NCBI GenBank assembly: GCA_048937405.1
Contig: JBHLNF010000005.1
Span: 32,001-96,000, forward strand
Reading direction: 5' to 3'
DNA: 64,000 bases
Source: Promethearchaeota archaeon
GTDB taxonomy: Archaea > Asgardarchaeota > Lokiarchaeia > Sigyniarchaeales > SOKP01
In this document: one piece after another, positions 40,817 through 51,603 of the stretch
Layout: each line of letters starts with the position of its first letter
How positions within the stretch are numbered: position 1 is the first letter of the stretch
Made by a program: the position numbers and the translations under genes
Notes under the pieces: generated by a model
Databases searched by the model: none
What the model was told of the DNA's origin: nothing
Seen by the model: only the letters and a program-made list of their open reading frames with translations

Positions 40817-41920
40817 ATGAATGAGAAAACGAATAATAAAAATGAATTAGAAAATTATCGAAAGGAAATTAACAATATCGATAATAAACTCATTGAACTC
40901 TTGAACGAAAGAAGTAAATTTGTTCAAAAGATAGGAAATCTCAAAATAAAATTAAGAATGGATACACATCAGCCAAAAAGAGAAAAGGAGATAATAGATA
41001 GAATTAAACAAAAATCAACAATATTAAAACCAATGAGTATTGAAGCTATTTGGAAAGAAATTATTAGTGCAAGTAAACTCATTCAAGGTTTCGTTGATAA
41101 AGTAGGATTTTTAGGACCAAAGGGTACATTTACCCATCAAGCCGCATTGGAATATTTTCCAAAAGCAGGTACGGAATTCATATCATTCAATAATACACTA
41201 GAAATATTTGAGAATATCGCAAAAGAAATTATAGATTTTGGTATTATTCCAATTGAAAATAGCCTTCAAGGCACAGTTAGAGAAAATCTGGATTTATTAA
41301 TTGAAAAAGATTTGTTTATCTATGGAGAAATAGAACTGAGGATTATTCAAAATTTAATTTCGTTAAATATATCTGATCTCTCAAAAATCGAGAATATAAT
41401 TTCGCATCCACAAGCATTTGCCCAAACAAGAAAATGGCTCAAAACAAATATGCCGACTGCAAATTTAATCAATACCAGCTCAACTGCTGAAGCAGTTCGA
41501 AGGGTTAGTGAGTTAAATAATGAAAGTTATGCTGCCATTGGTACAGAGTTTTCAAGTAAATTATATGGTTTAAAAGTTTTAAATTCTAGAATTGAAGATG
41601 ATCCCTCAAACTATACAAGATTCTTAATTATATCAAAAAAAGAAAATGAATATATAGAAGGAAATATTAAAACCTCGATAGTTTTTGTGACGAAACATAT
41701 TCCAGGAGCTTTATATGGCGTGTTGAAAATTTTTGCGGATACAAACATAAATTTGTCAAAAATTGAATCACGACCGAGAAGAAAGGGACGATGGGAATAT
41801 ATTTTTCTCATGGATTTTGAGGGAGATAAGGATAATCCAAAAATAAAAAAAGCAATCGAAAAAATGAAAGAAAATGTTATTTGGTATAAAATTTTAGGTT
41901 CTTATCCTTTAAAAAAATAA
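40817..41920 (+). CDS. pheA: Chorismate mutase / prephenate dehydratase (P-protein)
   Basis: AroQ domain (RKEINNIDNKLIELLNER..RE), FLGPKGTF, PIENS, SHPQA, NYTRF, ACT motif KIESRP. Confidence 0.95.
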   Translation: MNEKTNNKNELENYRKEINNIDNKLIELLNERSKFVQKIGNLKIKLRMDTHQPKREKEIIDRIKQKSTILKPMSIEAIWKEIISASKLIQGFVDKVGFLGPKGTFTHQAALEYFPKAGTEFISFNNTLEIFENIAKEIIDFGIIPIENSLQGTVRENLDLLIEKDLFIYGEIELRIIQNLISLNISDLSKIENIISHPQAFAQTRKWLKTNMPTANLINTSSTAEAVRRVSELNNESYAAIGTEFSSKLYGLKVLNSRIEDDPSNYTRFLIISKKENEYIEGNIKTSIVFVTKHIPGALYGVLKIFADTNINLSKIESRPRRKGRWEYIFLMDFEGDKDNPKIKKAIEKMKENVIWYKILGSYPLKK

Positions 41921-42284
41921 ATCTGATTTATCTTTTCTTAATTCTTTTATTTAAAAAAATTATCGAATTAATAAAATTAAAGTTTTTCTAAAAAATATTG
42001 AGTTTTATTAGCAATAATCTTCTTTTGAATTATTTCTAATTTTACTAATTTAAAGCTATTTTAATTTAGAACATTGAATAGTTAAAATAAAAGAGAATGC
42101 TATAAGAATGAAATATTATAATCATCTTCTACGATAAAATAAAATGAAATACTATTAAGTTTTAGAAACTTTTTTACTTTATAAAAAATACACAAATATA
42201 CTTGTTTAAATTAAATTTGTAATTTTTTAAAATTAACTCTTAATATTCTCCCATCTTTATTTAAAAAAATTGGATAAATGAAAT

Positions 42285-42998
42285 ATGTCTGATATAAGAA
42301 TTGATGGACGAAAATTTGATGAGCTTCGCGAAATATCGATAAAAAGGAATTACCTTAAATATCCCGAAGGTTCTGTTTTGATAACTCAGGGAAACACAAA
42401 AATAATAATAACAGCATCCATAATAGAATCAGTTCCAAGATTTTTAGTAGATACAGGGACAGGTTGGATAACTGCCGAGTATTCAATGTTACCAAGGGCA
42501 ACACAAGTAAGAAATCAAAGAGAGCTTAATAGAGGAAGATCAGTTGAAATACAACGATTAATAGGGCGGAGTATACGTGCAGGTTTTAATTATGAAAAAC
42601 TTGGTGAACGTACAATAAGAATTGATTGTGATGTTATCCAAGCAGATGGAGGGACTAGATGTGCTGCTATAACTGGAGCTTTTGTAGCAGTTTTTGATGC
42701 TTTAAATTATCTATATAATCAACAACTTATTTATGATTTTCCAGATTATAGGGTGATATCAGCAGTATCTTTAGGTTTAAAAAATGATCAGATTTTATTA
42801 GATCTAAATTATCATGAAGATTCGAAAGTTGATGTAGATTTTAATTTAATTATGAATGAAGATTCAGAGATTATTGAAATTCAAGGTACTGCTGAAGGTA
42901 CTCCTTTTACAAAGAAAAAGTTAAATGAAATTATTGATTTGGGAGAAAAAGGGATTATGGAATTGATAAAAATTCAAAAGAAAGAATTAAATATATAA
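42285..42998 (+). CDS. rph: Ribonuclease PH (bacterial type)
   Basis: RIDGR, GWITAEYSMLPRAT, GRSVEIQRLIGRS, DCDVIQADGGTR, DLNYHED, EIQGTAEG. Confidence 0.93.
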   Translation: MSDIRIDGRKFDELREISIKRNYLKYPEGSVLITQGNTKIIITASIIESVPRFLVDTGTGWITAEYSMLPRATQVRNQRELNRGRSVEIQRLIGRSIRAGFNYEKLGERTIRIDCDVIQADGGTRCAAITGAFVAVFDALNYLYNQQLIYDFPDYRVISAVSLGLKNDQILLDLNYHEDSKVDVDFNLIMNEDSEIIEIQGTAEGTPFTKKKLNEIIDLGEKGIMELIKIQKKELNI

Positions 42999-43197
42999 AC
43001 AATTTTTAATTTTGTTAATACTTTTCAACTGAGAATCTCAAGATTAATTATATTTTTTGAAATATAGTTATTATTTTATTTATTTTAAAAAAAATATCAT
43101 TAAATCTCCAATTAACGATTTTAATAATGATATATTGTATTAATTATATATTTGAGAATAAATCTTTTCAATCTAAATTCATACATTTAATAGAGAT

Positions 43198-44433
43198 ATG
43201 CTTAGTAATTTTTTTTTTAATCTAATTCAAAAATTTATTAGTTTTAAGAGGAGTAGATTTTATCATTTTATAAAATCAATAATATTTCCATTTGTTATAA
43301 AGAATGTATCCAAACTATTTAATAGCAAAATTAATGAAAATTTAATTGTCATGGGGGCTTATGGGGGCGGGGGTTTTGTTGATAATACAAAATACCTATT
43401 CGAATTTTTAAATAAAAAATCTAAATATACCCTAGTTTGGATTGCTAAATTAAAATCGGTTCGGAAACTTCTAAGAGAAATAGGTTTTAATGTAGTCTCA
43501 ATGTATAGTTTACAGGCTATTAAAATTCTAAGAAGGGCAAAATATATATTCATAACCCATAATTATGAGGACATTTTACCTATAGAGTTTTCAAATGGAT
43601 CTACCATTATTCTTACATGGCATGGATTACCAATTAAAAACGTTGAAGTTAATCTTAAAGAGAGTTTTATATATAATAAGTGGGGGGACATTTTTCACTT
43701 AAAGCTAAAAAATGATGATTATATTGATTATTTGTTATCTCAATCTAGTAATGAAAACGATGTCAATATATTAAGTTCTCAACTTAAAATAGCACCAAAT
43801 AAAATCATTTCGTTAGGATACCCTAGAAATGATATTCTATTTAATAAAAACGATAAATTAATTGAGAATATAAAAAATAATTATGATATTCCTTATAATG
43901 TTCAACAAGTATTTTTGTATGCACCAACATTCCGAAGTAACCGAACTTTTACTCTTCCTTTATCAGAATCAGATATAATAAACTTAAATAAAATCCTTAA
44001 AGAAATAAACTCAATTCTAATCTTAAAACCTCATATGATCACAGAAAGAGTTCGATTTGAGAATTATGAAAACATTAAGGTTTTAGATAAAAAAACGGAT
44101 TTTCAGGAGTTATTACTCATATCAGATGTTCTTATTTCAGATTATTCCGGTGCTTGGATTGATTATCTTTTAACATTAAAGCCCATTCTAATATTCACAT
44201 ACGATTTAAATAATTATCGAAAAAAAAAAGGATTAAATTATAACTTAAATGATATAGCTCCTGGTCCAATTCTATACAATGCAAATGAATTATTTGACGC
44301 GATTAAGAATATTGATATTATTGATAAAAATTATAAGCAAAAAAGAGAAGAAATTAGGGATAGATTTAATGATTTCAAAGATGGAGATTCAACTAAAAGG
44401 ATCTTAGATTTTCTTAAAATAAAATATGAATAA
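43198..44433 (+). CDS. CDP-glycerol/ribitol glycerophosphotransferase (TagF/TagB family)
   Basis: DNTKYLF, TWHGLPIK, LGYPRND, LYAPTFR, KPHM, LISDYS. Confidence 0.88.
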   Translation: MLSNFFFNLIQKFISFKRSRFYHFIKSIIFPFVIKNVSKLFNSKINENLIVMGAYGGGGFVDNTKYLFEFLNKKSKYTLVWIAKLKSVRKLLREIGFNVVSMYSLQAIKILRRAKYIFITHNYEDILPIEFSNGSTIILTWHGLPIKNVEVNLKESFIYNKWGDIFHLKLKNDDYIDYLLSQSSNENDVNILSSQLKIAPNKIISLGYPRNDILFNKNDKLIENIKNNYDIPYNVQQVFLYAPTFRSNRTFTLPLSESDIINLNKILKEINSILILKPHMITERVRFENYENIKVLDKKTDFQELLLISDVLISDYSGAWIDYLLTLKPILIFTYDLNNYRKKKGLNYNLNDIAPGPILYNANELFDAIKNIDIIDKNYKQKREEIRDRFNDFKDGDSTKRILDFLKIKYE

Positions 44434-44454
44434 GTTTAATTTATTAAAAAAAGT

Positions 44455-45645
44455 CTAATGTGCTTCAATACCTAATTGTTCTGGATGTTCTTGAAAATAT
44501 CCAACACCATCTTTGATTATGTCAATAATAGATCTTAAAGGTCTCCATCCAATATCTCTTCTAATTTTATCATTTTTCCCAATTAACAAGGGAACTTCAC
44601 TAGGACGTAATCGATTTGGATCTACAAATACATCAGCAGAAATATTATAGATATTTTTAGTTAACTTTACATAATTAGCTATAGTTATACCTTTACCTGA
44701 ACATACATTATAGGGCTCACCGTAATTTCTTTTTTCACTGGTCAATATATAAGCATTGACAGTATCCTTTACATGTGTATAATCTCTTATCGCGTTTGGA
44801 TTTCCAATTATTATGTTATTCCTTAAACCATTTAAGATTTCAACGATTTGTCTATGAATTACACTAGTAACAAATTGAATTCCTCTTCGTGGGCCTTCAT
44901 GATTGAAACCACGAGTAATTATACTTGGAACGCCATAAGAATTATGATATAACCATGCTATTTGCTCTGTTGCACATTTCGAAATTCCATATATACTTCT
45001 CGGACGAAAAGGATTTTTTTTTATATCTTCAGTAACTGGAACCTCCTGTGGATCAACTAAGCCATATTGTTCACTACTACAGGCTACTTGAATACTTACC
45101 AAATTATGATCAAATCTCCTAGCAGCCTCAAATATTTTTATTGTTCCAATAATATTATTATGAGTAACTCTGGCAGGCTCTCTAAATGAAGTAGGTACAA
45201 AAGACTCAGCAGCAAGGTGAAAAACAGCATTGGGTTCAATTTCTTCAAAAATTGCAAAAATTCTTTCTGCACTTGTAATGTCTGCTTCATGTAATGTTAC
45301 TTTTCCCCTTAAGTGTTCAATATTTTCGTGCATAGGTACCGCATGCCTACGAATCGTTCCATGTACTTCACATCCTAAATCCAATAATTGCTCTGCTAGA
45401 TGACTTCCAGCAAAACCACTTATACCAGTTATTAAAACTCTTTTTTCTTTCCAAAAATTTCTATCTGGTTCAGAAGATTTCAAGTTTTTAAAGTCATCTA
45501 AATAATCATCAATTTTTTCGGGATTGATAATAAATCCTTGACTCTCAAGCTCTTTAACACGAGGGTTTTCCTCAATTGCTTCATCGATAGGTATCAGATT
45601 ATTCATAGTATTAAAAAATATTTTTTCAATTTTTAAGTTATTCAT
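44455..45645 (-). CDS. gmd: GDP-mannose 4,6-dehydratase family SDR
   Basis: LITGISGFAG, HLAAESFV, SSEQYG, PRSIYGISK, FNHEGPRR, GNPNAIRDY, RPSEVP; alternative start at 45606. Confidence 0.85.
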   Translation of the reverse strand: MNNLKIEKIFFNTMNNLIPIDEAIEENPRVKELESQGFIINPEKIDDYLDDFKNLKSSEPDRNFWKEKRVLITGISGFAGSHLAEQLLDLGCEVHGTIRRHAVPMHENIEHLRGKVTLHEADITSAERIFAIFEEIEPNAVFHLAAESFVPTSFREPARVTHNNIIGTIKIFEAARRFDHNLVSIQVACSSEQYGLVDPQEVPVTEDIKKNPFRPRSIYGISKCATEQIAWLYHNSYGVPSIITRGFNHEGPRRGIQFVTSVIHRQIVEILNGLRNNIIIGNPNAIRDYTHVKDTVNAYILTSEKRNYGEPYNVCSGKGITIANYVKLTKNIYNISADVFVDPNRLRPSEVPLLIGKNDKIRRDIGWRPLRSIIDIIKDGVGYFQEHPEQLGIEAH

Positions 45646-45832
45646 AAGATTTTAATAAAAGTGCCATTGATTAATGAGTTTTAGAAAAATTAATTTAATT
45701 ATTTTTAAATTCTAAATCCCTTTTTTATTTATAAAAAAGTTATATAATAATTTTTAATATTAGAAATAAGAATTAATTTAGAAAAAATTTTAGATACAAC
45801 GTATATTATTTGACTAAAAAAATCTTATTAAA

Positions 45833-47011
45833 ATGGTAAAAATTCTTCTTTATTCTCCACTTGCTGTTGAAAATGGCAGAGGTGGTGAAATTTCATCTAT
45901 GGAATTAGCAGCAGGATTAAATAAATATTACAAAACAACTTTTATCCATACAAATATCTTTATTGGTGAAAAATTGTTATCCAAAATGGCAATTAAAGCT
46001 AAATTAAAAGGATTGCGGATAAGAACTCGAATGAAATTTGCTACATTAAAAATCTCAAACTTAGTATTTTCATTTCCTTATCCCAAAGATTTAATAAAAT
46101 TATATAGAGAAGTTAAAAAAAATGATATTATTTATACATCTTGTTCTACTTTTAAGCAAAATCTTATTTTCATGTTTTTTAGTCTAATACATAGAAGGGG
46201 AAGGTTTATTATTGGATATAGAAAACCACTATATAGTGAAAAGCTTTTTTCTCTATACAATATCAAATATAGATTATCAATATTATTTTTTTCATTATTT
46301 AAAAAGAGATTTTATCATCATACATTGTCTAAAAGTACCAAAAACTTCTTACAGAAATTTTATAATTCCAAGAAAGTTATTCATATTGTTCATGGTATTG
46401 ATTTAAAGTTATATCGTGATAACAATTTTCAAGAGAAATCAAAAAATTTACTGAATTATATTTATATTGGATATTTAGATGATATTCATAAAGGAGTTAA
46501 TGTTTTAATTGAAACTTTAGATGAATTTCTAAAAGAAAATCGAGATTTAAACCTTAAATTTGAATTCTGTGGTATGGGCCCCTTAGATAAAAAAATTCAA
46601 GCTTTAGAAAGAAAATATCCTAAATATGTAAAATTTCATGGATATATAAATAATAATTTAGTACCAGAATTTTATAAAAAAAGTGACATCTATCTTTTCA
46701 CATCTAGAGTCGAACCATTTCCAAGATCAATTATGGAAGCATTAGGTGCAGGTCTTTTGGTAATTTGTAGCAAGACAATAGGCTCTGTTGAATTATTAAA
46801 AGGACAAGAATTTGCATTTTTCTTAAAAGAATTAGATAAATCCTCAATTAAGAGAAAAATCTTAGAAACATATAATTTATGGAAAAATAATCCAGAAAGA
46901 ATTTTAGAATTGCAGAAATTAGCTAAAAATTATGTTTTTAAGAATTATTCTAGTGAGATTGAACTTCATATGTTTAGAGATTTACTTCAAAAAATAATTA
47001 AAAATGTATGA
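45833..47011 (+). CDS. GT4 (GT-B) glycosyltransferase
   Basis: GGE near the N-terminus, HGID, KGV, EPFPRSIMEA (EX7E). Confidence 0.88.
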   Translation: MVKILLYSPLAVENGRGGEISSMELAAGLNKYYKTTFIHTNIFIGEKLLSKMAIKAKLKGLRIRTRMKFATLKISNLVFSFPYPKDLIKLYREVKKNDIIYTSCSTFKQNLIFMFFSLIHRRGRFIIGYRKPLYSEKLFSLYNIKYRLSILFFSLFKKRFYHHTLSKSTKNFLQKFYNSKKVIHIVHGIDLKLYRDNNFQEKSKNLLNYIYIGYLDDIHKGVNVLIETLDEFLKENRDLNLKFEFCGMGPLDKKIQALERKYPKYVKFHGYINNNLVPEFYKKSDIYLFTSRVEPFPRSIMEALGAGLLVICSKTIGSVELLKGQEFAFFLKELDKSSIKRKILETYNLWKNNPERILELQKLAKNYVFKNYSSEIELHMFRDLLQKIIKNV

Positions 47012-47102
47012 ATTATTATATTAAAGAATAAGAGCATCGCACATTCGGATTTTTGAAAATAATATTAGATTTTTGTATAATAATGATTAATTAGTTGCTT
47101 TT

Positions 47103-48362
47103 TCATTTTAATAAATTCTCAAAAAGTTTAATATAATCATCTATAATGAAATTCCAATTAAATTCTTTTATTACTCTTTCATGACCTTTTTTCCCCATTA
47201 TTTTTCTTTTTTTTTCATTGTAATAAAGATATAAAATTTTCTCCACTAAATCATTTAAATTATTTGGTTTTACTAATAAACCTGTTTCCTTATTCTGAAT
47301 TGCTTCGATTATTCCTCCAGAAAAAGTTCCTATTACAGGTGTATAGAAATAATTTGCTTCAATAAAAACAATTCCAAATCCTTCAATTGATTCTTTTTTA
47401 ACAATTGAAGGCATTACAAATACATCTGAAAGTTTAAAAAACTTATTTCTTGTTTTAATATCTGTAAAACCAACAAATTCGACCTGTTTTTTTAAATCTA
47501 ATTCTTCGGCAATTTTTTTTAATCTGGGTGTTTCTTCACCTTTTCCTATTAAATAATATTTTAATTTGATTGAGGGTTCTTTTTCTTTTAAGACTTTTAT
47601 AGCTTGTATGACTAAATCAAATTTTTTTCTTATAACGTGTCGCCCAACACTTAATAAAACAAATTGGTCTTCTGGAATATTAAATTCTTTCCTTAATTCT
47701 TCTCTTGATTCTTTAATTTCATAGTCCTCAGGAATTAATCCATAGTAAATAACGGATAATTTATTTTCATCTAAATGATGAACTTTCTTTATTAATTCTT
47801 TAAGTGCATAAGTTCCTAAAATCAAGAGATCCATATTCTTAAATAGATAAGTTCTTAATGAAAACGGTGAATGAACAAGAAATTCATTTCCATAAGCTAA
47901 TGATACCACTTTTTTGTTAATCAATCTTGATAATATGAATGCTAAAGATAATGTAATCCCTGTTCCAGTACCAGCAAGGATTAAATCAATATTTAATTTT
48001 TTGATTTTATGATAAATTTTAATCAAATTTTCAATTGAATTGTATAAATTGTTAGGTTGAATAATCAGATAAAGAATTATTTTTAATCGATCTGAAAGTC
48101 TTGATCTTTTATCTTTTAATATATTCCAGAAAGTTAAAATTATAAAATAAAGAAAAGCCTTTTTTTTTAAATTAGATAGTAAACTTCGCATACTATAATC
48201 TTTTTTTTCAAAAATATTAATAGTGAATTTAGATTTGTAATATGGATTAAAAAAAAAGATTCTGTGATTTCTTTCATTAAATAATTTCAAGAGACTGTCT
48301 AAAACGTGACCAATACCTCCTTGTTCGGGAGGATTTCCATAATATAAGAGCGCGATGTTCAT
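47103..48362 (-). CDS. GT4 glycosyltransferase
   Basis: GGIG, SVGRH..RK, EGFGIVFIEA, SGGIIEAI. Confidence 0.9.
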   Translation of the reverse strand: MNIALLYYGNPPEQGGIGHVLDSLLKLFNERNHRIFFFNPYYKSKFTINIFEKKDYSMRSLLSNLKKKAFLYFIILTFWNILKDKRSRLSDRLKIILYLIIQPNNLYNSIENLIKIYHKIKKLNIDLILAGTGTGITLSLAFILSRLINKKVVSLAYGNEFLVHSPFSLRTYLFKNMDLLILGTYALKELIKKVHHLDENKLSVIYYGLIPEDYEIKESREELRKEFNIPEDQFVLLSVGRHVIRKKFDLVIQAIKVLKEKEPSIKLKYYLIGKGEETPRLKKIAEELDLKKQVEFVGFTDIKTRNKFFKLSDVFVMPSIVKKESIEGFGIVFIEANYFYTPVIGTFSGGIIEAIQNKETGLLVKPNNLNDLVEKILYLYYNEKKRKIMGKKGHERVIKEFNWNFIIDDYIKLFENLLK

Positions 48363-48712
48363 CTTATCTTAAATAGTGAAAAAATAATTATAGGTCTGAA
48401 TTTTTTTTTAAATCGGTAAATATATTAAAAATATATTACTTATAACCATATTTTAATTCTTTTAATAAAATTTAGGTAACTAAGTGCTGTTTATAATTTA
48501 AGACAAAAAAAATTTATCTTTTTTATCCATTATCATTTTATTTTGAGAGAAGCGATTAGCAATAGATAATCTAATAAAAGATGGTTTATTAGAAATTATC
48601 AATAATGAAAAATAACAAACAAATTAACTATAAGATATACAGACCCTCAGGATCATCTTTGGATAGAATTAAATGATACAAATTAATTTTATGAAAAATA
48701 GGAAACTTATAT

Positions 48713-49876
48713 ATGAATAGCTTTGATAAAAGGCAAAGAATAACTAATGGAAAATTAAGAGTCTTATATTTCACACCTCTATTCACCTCCACAAATATTA
48801 ATATAGAAAATTATATGACAAATCAAGTAAATGCACTAATACGATATTATGAAAAAATTGAACTTTTAATATATTCCACACGTCCAAATAAAAATGAAGT
48901 AATTAGATATAATGATAGAATCTTATTAGTAAATAGGATCTCTTACAAAAATCTTCTTTTCATAAAAGATATGATTAAGATTTTTACTAAATTTAAACCA
49001 CACGTAGTACATTCACATTATATCGTACCTTCAATTTTTGTTAATATATTCGCGAAGATCTTCAGAGTACCGACCATATTGCATGGCAGAGGACAAGATA
49101 TGAATTATAGACCATACCATCATATCAAGAATAAAATATTATTATTAATATCTGGAAAATTAAACAATATGATTTTAACAGTATGCAAATCTATGAGAAA
49201 TGACTGCTTAAGATTTAAAATAAAAAAAAATAAAGTTAGGGTAATTTATAATGGTATAGATTTTGTAAAATTTTGTCCAAAAGATAAGTCTTTTTTTTTA
49301 AATAATCGTCCATTGGAATTGATACATGTGGGTTCATTTGGTCCTAGAAAAGGGCAACATTTAGTCATTGAAGCATGTAAAAAATTAAAAGATAATAACA
49401 TTAATTTCCATCTAACTTTAATTGGGAGAGATACCCAAGGACAAGAATTAGCTGTTTTGATCAATAAATATGATTTAAAAGATTATGTAGAGCGATTAGG
49501 AGTGTTAAACCATAAAGACCTTCCGTCCTATATGGAAAAAGCAGATATATTAGTATTTCCTTCATTAACAGAGGGATTACCAAATGCGGTGTTAGAAGCA
49601 ATGAGTATGAAGCTAGCAGTTGTGTTAACAAATGTAGATGGCAATTTAGAGTTGGCTCAAGACATTGGAAGTATTTTAGTTGATATAAATAATTCACATC
49701 AGTTATACGAGGCTATTTTACATTATTATAATAATCCTAAAGATATTGAAAATGGTGGGGAAATAAATAGAAATTTTATAGTTAAGACATTCAGTTGGGA
49801 GAAACATGCGAAAGAGTTGTATTATGTGTATAATTTATTAGCAAACAGGAAGAAGAATATAAATGATAAGCTTTAA
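48713..49876 (+). CDS. GT4 glycosyltransferase
   Basis: VHSH, IYNGID, VGSFGPRKG, EGLPNAVLEA. Confidence 0.9.
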   Translation: MNSFDKRQRITNGKLRVLYFTPLFTSTNINIENYMTNQVNALIRYYEKIELLIYSTRPNKNEVIRYNDRILLVNRISYKNLLFIKDMIKIFTKFKPHVVHSHYIVPSIFVNIFAKIFRVPTILHGRGQDMNYRPYHHIKNKILLLISGKLNNMILTVCKSMRNDCLRFKIKKNKVRVIYNGIDFVKFCPKDKSFFLNNRPLELIHVGSFGPRKGQHLVIEACKKLKDNNINFHLTLIGRDTQGQELAVLINKYDLKDYVERLGVLNHKDLPSYMEKADILVFPSLTEGLPNAVLEAMSMKLAVVLTNVDGNLELAQDIGSILVDINNSHQLYEAILHYYNNPKDIENGGEINRNFIVKTFSWEKHAKELYYVYNLLANRKKNINDKL

Positions 49877-50684
49877 AACAATTCGTAGAATTTTTTCAAA
49901 AACATTCGCTATAGCAGAAAAAAACATTCGAGTACAGTTTAGATTTAAATTTAATGTAGTTTTAAGATGGTTTGTTCCAGTCATCACATTATTAATGCCT
50001 ATTATTATCTTAAATAAATTCTTTGATAATGATGTGAATGTAGGTCCATGGACACCTCAAAATTATCTGATTTTCATATTTATTGGATACAATATTATGA
50101 TCATGAATACAATGATTGGATACATTCCCAAATATTTATTAAGAGAAAAATATTGGAAGACGCTTCCTGCGCTTATAACTTCTCCTTTTAATAGATTTTA
50201 TTTATTATTTGGCTATATTCTTTCTGAATTTCTAGGAATTATTTTACCTTTTTTAGCATTCTTTATAGCACTTTTAATTCTTTTTCCAATTTCGATTGTA
50301 ACAATAATAAGTATAATTATAATGTTCCTATTTGTTGGAATAATTTTTTCTGGCTTAGGATTATTTTTAGGAGTATTTGCAATATCAAATGAAAATTATC
50401 TTTTTGTTTTTGATTTTATGGGTAGACTACTTTTTTGGTTTAGTTGTATATCTTATCCGTTTCAGTTATTCCCAAAAGAAGTTCAAAGCATTATTGATAA
50501 AAATCCGATTTATTATATGATTGATCTTATTCGTCTAACATGGATTGAAGATAATATTGTTTTAACTGCTTCTTCTCATTTAACACATATAATCATATTT
50601 TCAATTTCTATAATCATATTTCCCATCTTGTGTGTTTATCTATTTAATTTAATATATAAAAAATTAGGGATTTCAGGGTATTAG
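49863..50684 (+). CDS. ABC-2 type transporter permease
   Basis: About six TM helices, REKYWKTL..L..SP, YPFQLFP, NPIYY. Confidence 0.88.
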   Translation: MISFKTIRRIFSKTFAIAEKNIRVQFRFKFNVVLRWFVPVITLLMPIIILNKFFDNDVNVGPWTPQNYLIFIFIGYNIMIMNTMIGYIPKYLLREKYWKTLPALITSPFNRFYLLFGYILSEFLGIILPFLAFFIALLILFPISIVTIISIIIMFLFVGIIFSGLGLFLGVFAISNENYLFVFDFMGRLLFWFSCISYPFQLFPKEVQSIIDKNPIYYMIDLIRLTWIEDNIVLTASSHLTHIIIFSISIIIFPILCVYLFNLIYKKLGISGY

Positions 50685-50685
50685 A

Positions 50686-51603
50686 TTGAATAATTCTATA
50701 ATAGAGACTTTTAATTTGGGAAAAATATATCATCTGAAAGGAAAAAAACGTATTCATGCGTTAGAAGATGTGAATATTCGTATAAAAGAAGGGGAAAAAT
50801 TTGGTTTATTAGGTCCAAATGGGGCTGGTAAAACAACGATGATTTCTATATTATCCACTTTAATACAACCTTCAAGTGGTTATGCTATTATTGATGGAGA
50901 TAATATTCTCAAAAAACCAAATGTTGTTAAGAGTAAAATTTCCCTTATGCTAGGAACTGATATGATATATTATAGAATCACGGGATACTCAAATTTAAAG
51001 TTCTTTTGTAAGGTTTGTGATATAAAAGATTATAAAAGAAAAATTGTAGAGGTAGCTAAAGAACTTGAAATGGAAAAATGGCTTAATGAGTATGTTGAGC
51101 GATATTCCTCAGGAATGAAGTGTAAACTATCTCTATGTAGAGTTCTACTTTCCGAACCTAAGATCTTATTTTTAGATGAACCCACATTAGGTCTTGATAT
51201 TAAAACAACAAATTTTATCATTGATAAATTAAAAAAGTCAAAGGAAACAATCTTTTTAACGAGTCATAATATGGATGTTGTAGAAAAATTATGTACAAAA
51301 ATTGCATTTATTAATCATGGTAAAATCATAAAAATCGGTAGTAAAGAAGAACTTAGCAAATTATTACATAAAAGAGTAAAAGTTTTTATTGGTATTGATA
51401 AAAATAAGCAAGAATTACAAAAAGAGTTACAACAGCAAAATTTCATAACAAATGTTAATGATGAAGAAAATGGTCTTAATATTGAATTATCAAATAGTGA
51501 AGATTATAGTAAATTATTCCCAATATTAACTAAATATAAAATAACAAAAATAAAAGAATTAGATTTGTCTGTTGAGGATTTATTTTTAAAAACATTTGAA
51601 TAG
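50686..51603 (+). CDS. ABC transporter ATP-binding protein (ABC-2 exporter)
   Basis: Walker A GPNGAGKTT, signature YSSGM, Walker B LFLDEPT, H-loop TSH. Confidence 0.93.
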   Translation: MNNSIIETFNLGKIYHLKGKKRIHALEDVNIRIKEGEKFGLLGPNGAGKTTMISILSTLIQPSSGYAIIDGDNILKKPNVVKSKISLMLGTDMIYYRITGYSNLKFFCKVCDIKDYKRKIVEVAKELEMEKWLNEYVERYSSGMKCKLSLCRVLLSEPKILFLDEPTLGLDIKTTNFIIDKLKKSKETIFLTSHNMDVVEKLCTKIAFINHGKIIKIGSKEELSKLLHKRVKVFIGIDKNKQELQKELQQQNFITNVNDEENGLNIELSNSEDYSKLFPILTKYKITKIKELDLSVEDLFLKTFE

